DNA of 64,000 nucleotides from Amphiscolops sp. MND2022 (lineage: Eukaryota), in contig OZ076409.1 of the NCBI GenBank assembly GCA_964187785.1, positions 63,738,001-63,802,000 of the forward strand, read 5' to 3'. Shown here piece after piece: positions 58,830 through 64,000 of this stretch. Below the pieces are notes generated by a model. The model searched no databases, had not been told where the DNA came from, and saw nothing but the letters and a program-made list of their open reading frames with translations. Position numbers and translations under genes: made by a program. How positions within the stretch are numbered: position 1 is the stretch's first letter; the number at the start of each line of letters is the position of its first letter.

Positions 58830-61800
58830 AGTCAGTGCTTTTCTCAAGAAAAGAGTCGACTATAGTCATGGCTCTTCGTCAGTGTCTTTTCCCTTTTTTT
58901 CGATACACCTGAAGTGACCAAAATAGTTCTACCAAAAGTTCTACAAAATTTTAGATTCTCCCTGTTGGCACAAGGAACTGAACCAAAACCAGTCTTTCCT
59001 TTATTCCGCGTAACATACAATAACGGTGTTATAGAGTGTAGCTTTGGAAAACAGATATACTTGTAAACATGTTAGTAATACCTGTCAAAAGGATTATAGA
59101 CCATTACATATTCATTTGAAATGTTGCTGTTGCCATCTACATTACATATACATTTCGACATTTTACATATTGCATCATTCTTAATACATTCCTTAAACCA
59201 TCAACAATTCATAATTCAACAAGACTAAAAAATGGCGCTGCAAGCATCAACTTCGTCATCGTCAGCAAGCCTGTCTTCAACAAATTCATTATAAGTGGGG
59301 TTGCCTCTATTCTGGCACGAAGCTTCAAAGTCGCAGTCAATCGAATGGGAGAATTTTATCGATCTGTTTGCGGTAGCAATGATGGCCAAGTATTCCATAT
59401 CAATGAACGAATTGACTGGAATGGTGGATGAGGCAAATCCCAGGGTAAAGTCACTTCTGGGGAATATGGCGGATAAGGCGGCAAACAAGAAAGTGGTGAG
59501 CATGATGTTCCTGTCGTTGGGGGAAACTAGTCGGAAAATGTTTCGAGACAAACACCCAGAAACATCAATCTGGTCCATGCAAGCTATTCAGATGTTAGAA
59601 AACTGCGAAAGTTGTTTTCGGATTGAGAGGAACAGAACACTGGACAGACATCATTTTCTATCGCGAAAACAATTGCCAACGGAATCACTACAACAAATCT
59701 GGCATGCATTAAACGGGTTGGAAACAAGATGTGAACTGGGAAACATAACCCAAACTCTAGTGCACGACGTATTCACTTTAAACATGAAAAACTAGAAGGT
59801 TCAGGAAAGATTGTTCGTGGAACCGTTTGCAAACCCTCAGATGCTTTACAGTACGCCGTATCATATGAAGAAGGAGTGAAAAGACAGCGATCGATGGGCA
59901 CAAGCGCTACGGATCAACCAAAACCAATAAAATGTGATCCAGTATTCGCTGTCTATAAAACCAATCGAAGGGAATGTTATCGTTGTGGAGCCTAAAATTT
60001 GGAACATTTAGAGAAATGCCCGACTAAAAATCACCAATGCGAGTTTTGTTCAATAATGGGACTTCTGGAAAATTATTATAATCAGAAACATCCACAACGT
60101 AAAAGAGACCTGCAACAAAGAAAAATAAACAAACGAAAGGGACCAAGAAGAATTAATTATATGTCAGAAGATGAAGACGAATTGGAAGACGATGAAATGG
60201 TGTTGCAGGTAGATGGCGAAGGAACAAACCCATTTACGATCGAAGGGTTGTTGTGTGGCATTTCATTCAAAGCAATCATTGATGCAGGATCACCAGTGTC
60301 AATTTTTCCAATAGATGAATTACAGAGAATTGTGTGACAACGACGAGTAGTGGTGAGAGAAATGATTGATAACGAACGCTACGTTGATTTCAAGAAAAAG
60401 CCGTTACCCTTGGTGGGGTACATGTTTGTGAGTTTGCAAGTCAACGGGATCGGAGTCTCAAAGGCAAGAGTACTGGTAGCAAGGAGAGGCACAAAGCCAA
60501 TAGTGGGCCGTGATTGGCTAACTGCTCTGCGATACAAAATCGTCCATTCAACAGACGAAGGTAAGAATTCAAATAGTTGCGTAACTGAAGAGAAAGTTTT
60601 CCGAGGATGTCGCAGAAAGAGAAAATTTTGGCACGCGCAAAAGTTTCAGTATTGAAAGTTGAAAGTGAGAAAGGCAGCAAAGCACCGTCAGACGATGAGA
60701 AGCATGATACGCGACAGCCAATAAAATCGCAGTACGGTCGAGCTAAGAACAAAGCGACAGAAATCAGTGGTGCGTATAATCTTGTGAATAGTCAAGTAAA
60801 CAAATAAAGCATGAGTGCGGCAATTGACAAAATAAATGACGCGTTTCTACAGGCTAATTACGAGGCTGACAAACAACTACAAAAAATCCTTAAATTGGTA
60901 AAAACCTGGGAAAAGGGGGGAGAAATCTCCAGATTTACATCGCCGTGGAGAGAAAAATTTAATTCTTTGTGCCTCGACAACCGTAATTTCCTTTATTTGG
61001 ATAACCGGCTGGTACTTCCGTCAAAACGTCGCGCGTCTATCGTGAGCGCCATACATTGCGCCTCCCGGAAAGGATACAATGCTTAGAAAAATTGCTGACA
61101 TATGGTGGCCTAAAATCCACCGCGAGGTTATCAATACGACCAGATTCTGCGAGGACTGTAGTCAAGCAGGTAAGAACGTTAAATTACTTCACAAACAAAA
61201 AGAATACGGGAAAGGTCCCAGTCATTGGAACCGAATGAAGAAATTGGTATCAATTTCGCCAGCCCATTTCAGAACGCCAAACACGGAAAAAAATATCTGG
61301 TTTATCGTTAGATAGTTTTTCAGCTAGGTCGGACGCGATGTTTTCACACGAACCAACAGCTAAGAAAGTGATCGAATTTTACGCGTTACGTGTGGGGGAA
61401 GAAGGCGGACGGGTCGTCTCCATTTGAAAAAAACATGGGAGAGAGCCGAATACGGTTAAAAGTAGTATTGTGAATGAATTGTTAGGTAAGGCGCAGGGTG
61501 TTTTAGAACAGGACAGCAGAGCCACGGATCCTTTGCAGCCTCGGATTTTGAAGAAGACATCGACTCTACCACCTTAGTAAGGAAGAGATCCCGAGGTAGC
61601 AAATTGGAACCAGCTTTTTGCAAGAAAAGAGGAAGGGTACTATAAGAGACTGAGCACACCATCACCTTCCTTCCAAAAGGAAAAAAGAAGGCTACTAAAC
61701 TAGCCAAGAGAGACGTGGCAAAGGCCATTAGCCCCCTAAAGGAGCAGGAAGAAAGGACACAAAAGAAGGTGGCGGAGATCCATGAGACGACAAGAGAAGC

Positions 61801-62898
61801 GACCATAACGGAAGAAGAGATGTCAGACGACGAAGTGCCAGTCACAATGTTAGATGAATCAAGTGAGTTAACACCAATTGAGACAAATTTAGGGTCAGAA
61901 AAGGAAACATCCTCGGAAGAGGAAAACAAGAAAATGACGATGAGACGTGTTGTTCAAAGACAACAAAATTAGAAGAGACGCCAACTTCCCCCTTAGTGGC
62001 AAAACATGAGAAAGTGGCAAAATCAAAGAAGCTGACAGGAATTTTCAAAAGATCAAATCCTCGGGAGCAATCCAACCGAAAAAGGAAAGCTCCCAACGTT
62101 ATGGCATTGACGTGATAATGGCCATAGGAGAAGACAGAGAAAATTCCCGAAAAGGAAAGTGTTTATCAAGAGAACACACCTAAAATTCTCATTGCATTGA
62201 AATTGGTAATTGAATAACTGAATACATTTGATAATTACAGTAGATTTACATTATTACCTGAAGTTATGAATGATAACCTTAACATTAACATTTGAAGCGC
62301 AGTAATCAACAGTTAACACATTTATTATTAACCCTAATTTTATAGTACATTGATAATTGAATTACATTGGAAGTACCCGTACCGTGGTCATTTAAAACGG
62401 GGAGTGTTATTGAGTGTAACTTTGCAAAACAGACATATTTGCTAACATGTTAGTAATACCTGTCAAAAGAACTATAGACCATTACATCTTCATTTGAAAC
62501 GTTGCTGTTGCCTTTACATATGCATTACATATAAATGCATTACATATACATTTCAACATTTTACATATTCTTAATACTTCGAATCATTCTTAATACATTC
62601 CTTAAACCATCAACAATTCATAATTCAACAAGACTATAACAACCGGGCGATGCTGAAGGGTCGCTCTTTCAGTTTTTTCGGCAATTTACGACTTTTTTTC
62701 AGGTTTTTTCCCTTTAATTTCTTTGATGATTTGCGACAAAATAGATGAAAACTCTCAATACGCCCCCCTTGGTGGGCCAATTCTGTCCACTATTTGGGTT
62801 TTTCGGGTGCTGTAAAAGAGAATACTTTGTCACTTTGAAGTCCTTTTGCTATTTTTGAGCCTTACATGTGGCGCCGACTTGGGCCGTTCCCGGCTTCT
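58830..62898 (+). mobile_element. Helentron/DINE-like repeat split by the LTR element at 59027-62641
   Basis: Flanks rejoin to match 22480-22530; 3' end GGCGCCGACTTGGGCCGTTCCCGGCTT; 5' boundary approximate. Confidence 0.6.
59027..62641 (+). mobile_element. Degenerate, internally deleted Ty3/Gypsy element (gag, protease and integrase remnants; RT/RNase H not seen)
   Basis: LTRs 59027-59232 and 62405-62641 (TGTTAT...ATAACA); PBS TGGCGCTGCAAGC; PPT AAAACGGGGAG; TSD AACGG/ACCGG; AIIDAGSPVS, IVGRDWL, WWPKIHREV...CEDC. Confidence 0.88.
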
Positions 62899-64000
62899 TT
62901 ATTATCGTAATGGGGTCGAAAGGAAAGCTAATTTTCTATTCCAAAATGTAGACTTAAAAAAATCTGGCTAGAAATATTTATTGCTAAATCAAAAAGCAGT
63001 ATGAACAAATAACGCTGACTAAACTTGAAAAAACAGATGAACCAAAAAAGTCTTTGAGTTGACACAGGTGTTCATTAGCCTTCGACTGAATGACTTATGA
63101 TTTTGTGGAATTATCTGGGAGTTAAATGATGTATTTCAACTCACCATGGAGGATTTTGTAACCTCAGCAGTTGTGGGGCGATCAGTTCCATGATGGTAGA
63201 TCAGTAAGTTTTTTGAAAGTAGCTGTAAGAAGAGCCCATGTTACGGCTTTCATTTTTGTTTAGGCGCTAGTGCGTATCCTCATTCAAATTGGAGTTTGTT
63301 TCACTACCTCTGACCATACCAAAATCTTCAGACCTCGTTCTAGGTCCGAGTGTCGTACCCGTCTCACGACCGACATTGGCTCTCTCCTACGCATCTATAC
63401 ATGAAAAATATCCATCATACTATCTATTTGACCTGCCATGTTATGCTTGATTCCCCAGTTAGAGTTTTCAGGGATTCGATTATGATATCCGACTCCTGAG
63501 TACTTGTGTAATTTATGTTACTATTTCCCTAATTTCAATTTCTTACGACGAACTACTTCTAAAAGCTTGTAACGCCTCCTCCATATTTTGATCTAGTCCT
63601 TTTGACATATTGGTCAATATTTCCTATTTTTCTCAATTTGGTTAAGATGGCTATTAACAATCATTATGTTCATGTTTTGCCATGTCAAACATGGTATCAG
63701 GTTTCAAAGATCGTTGTGTTTTCCCCCAAGTGAGACTTGACATTCGTGTTATTTTCAAATAGTTTTTCGTTTTTGTAGCAACAAATTTTAGTCTTTTGCG
63801 TTTCTCGGTGCATGATTTTTGTCAGTACAAACTCAGTACAAAATAGCAAATGTGTCCAGGTCCCGAAATTTATACTTTAAATTTTATTTTGATTCGCAGT
63901 TTAATTTTTATCTGCTGAATGTAAACAAACACACATGGTTATGAAATTACAAACTAGCCCAAGCTGAAGAGACTTCCAAGGTCTAAGGCATGCCTGAACA

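Overview
Repeat-rich, AT-rich animal genomic DNA (spliceosomal introns; species not determinable from the sequence). A host gene on the + strand, recognisable as an HPS1 (BLOC-3 subunit) homologue, is scattered as about 15 small exons from at least 5462 to 58221, and two of its introns appear to be GC-AG. Its introns and flanks are packed with transposons: a near-complete LINE, Tc1 and hAT deletion derivatives, MITEs, Helentron/DINE-like repeats, a decayed tandem-duplicated CMC/EnSpm-type transposase and a deleted Gypsy element. The centrepiece is a young, apparently intact 15.5-kb Ty3/Gypsy LTR retrotransposon (25131-40634; 1.5-kb LTRs, GAAAT target duplication, PBS, PPT, gag/-1 frameshift/pol). 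Between pol and the 3' LTR it carries (i) an ANTISENSE four-exon gene whose three GT-AG introns join four separate minus-strand ORFs into one uninterrupted 1227-aa frame (BED-type zinc finger plus what looks like a catalytically dead hAT-transposase body), and (ii) a sense 278-aa accessory ORF that ends inside the LTR. A diverged homologue of the antisense gene's 5' end, with its upstream motif, lies at 190-964, suggesting the cargo is a family-level feature. All family assignments are by-eye motif recognition; no searches were run.
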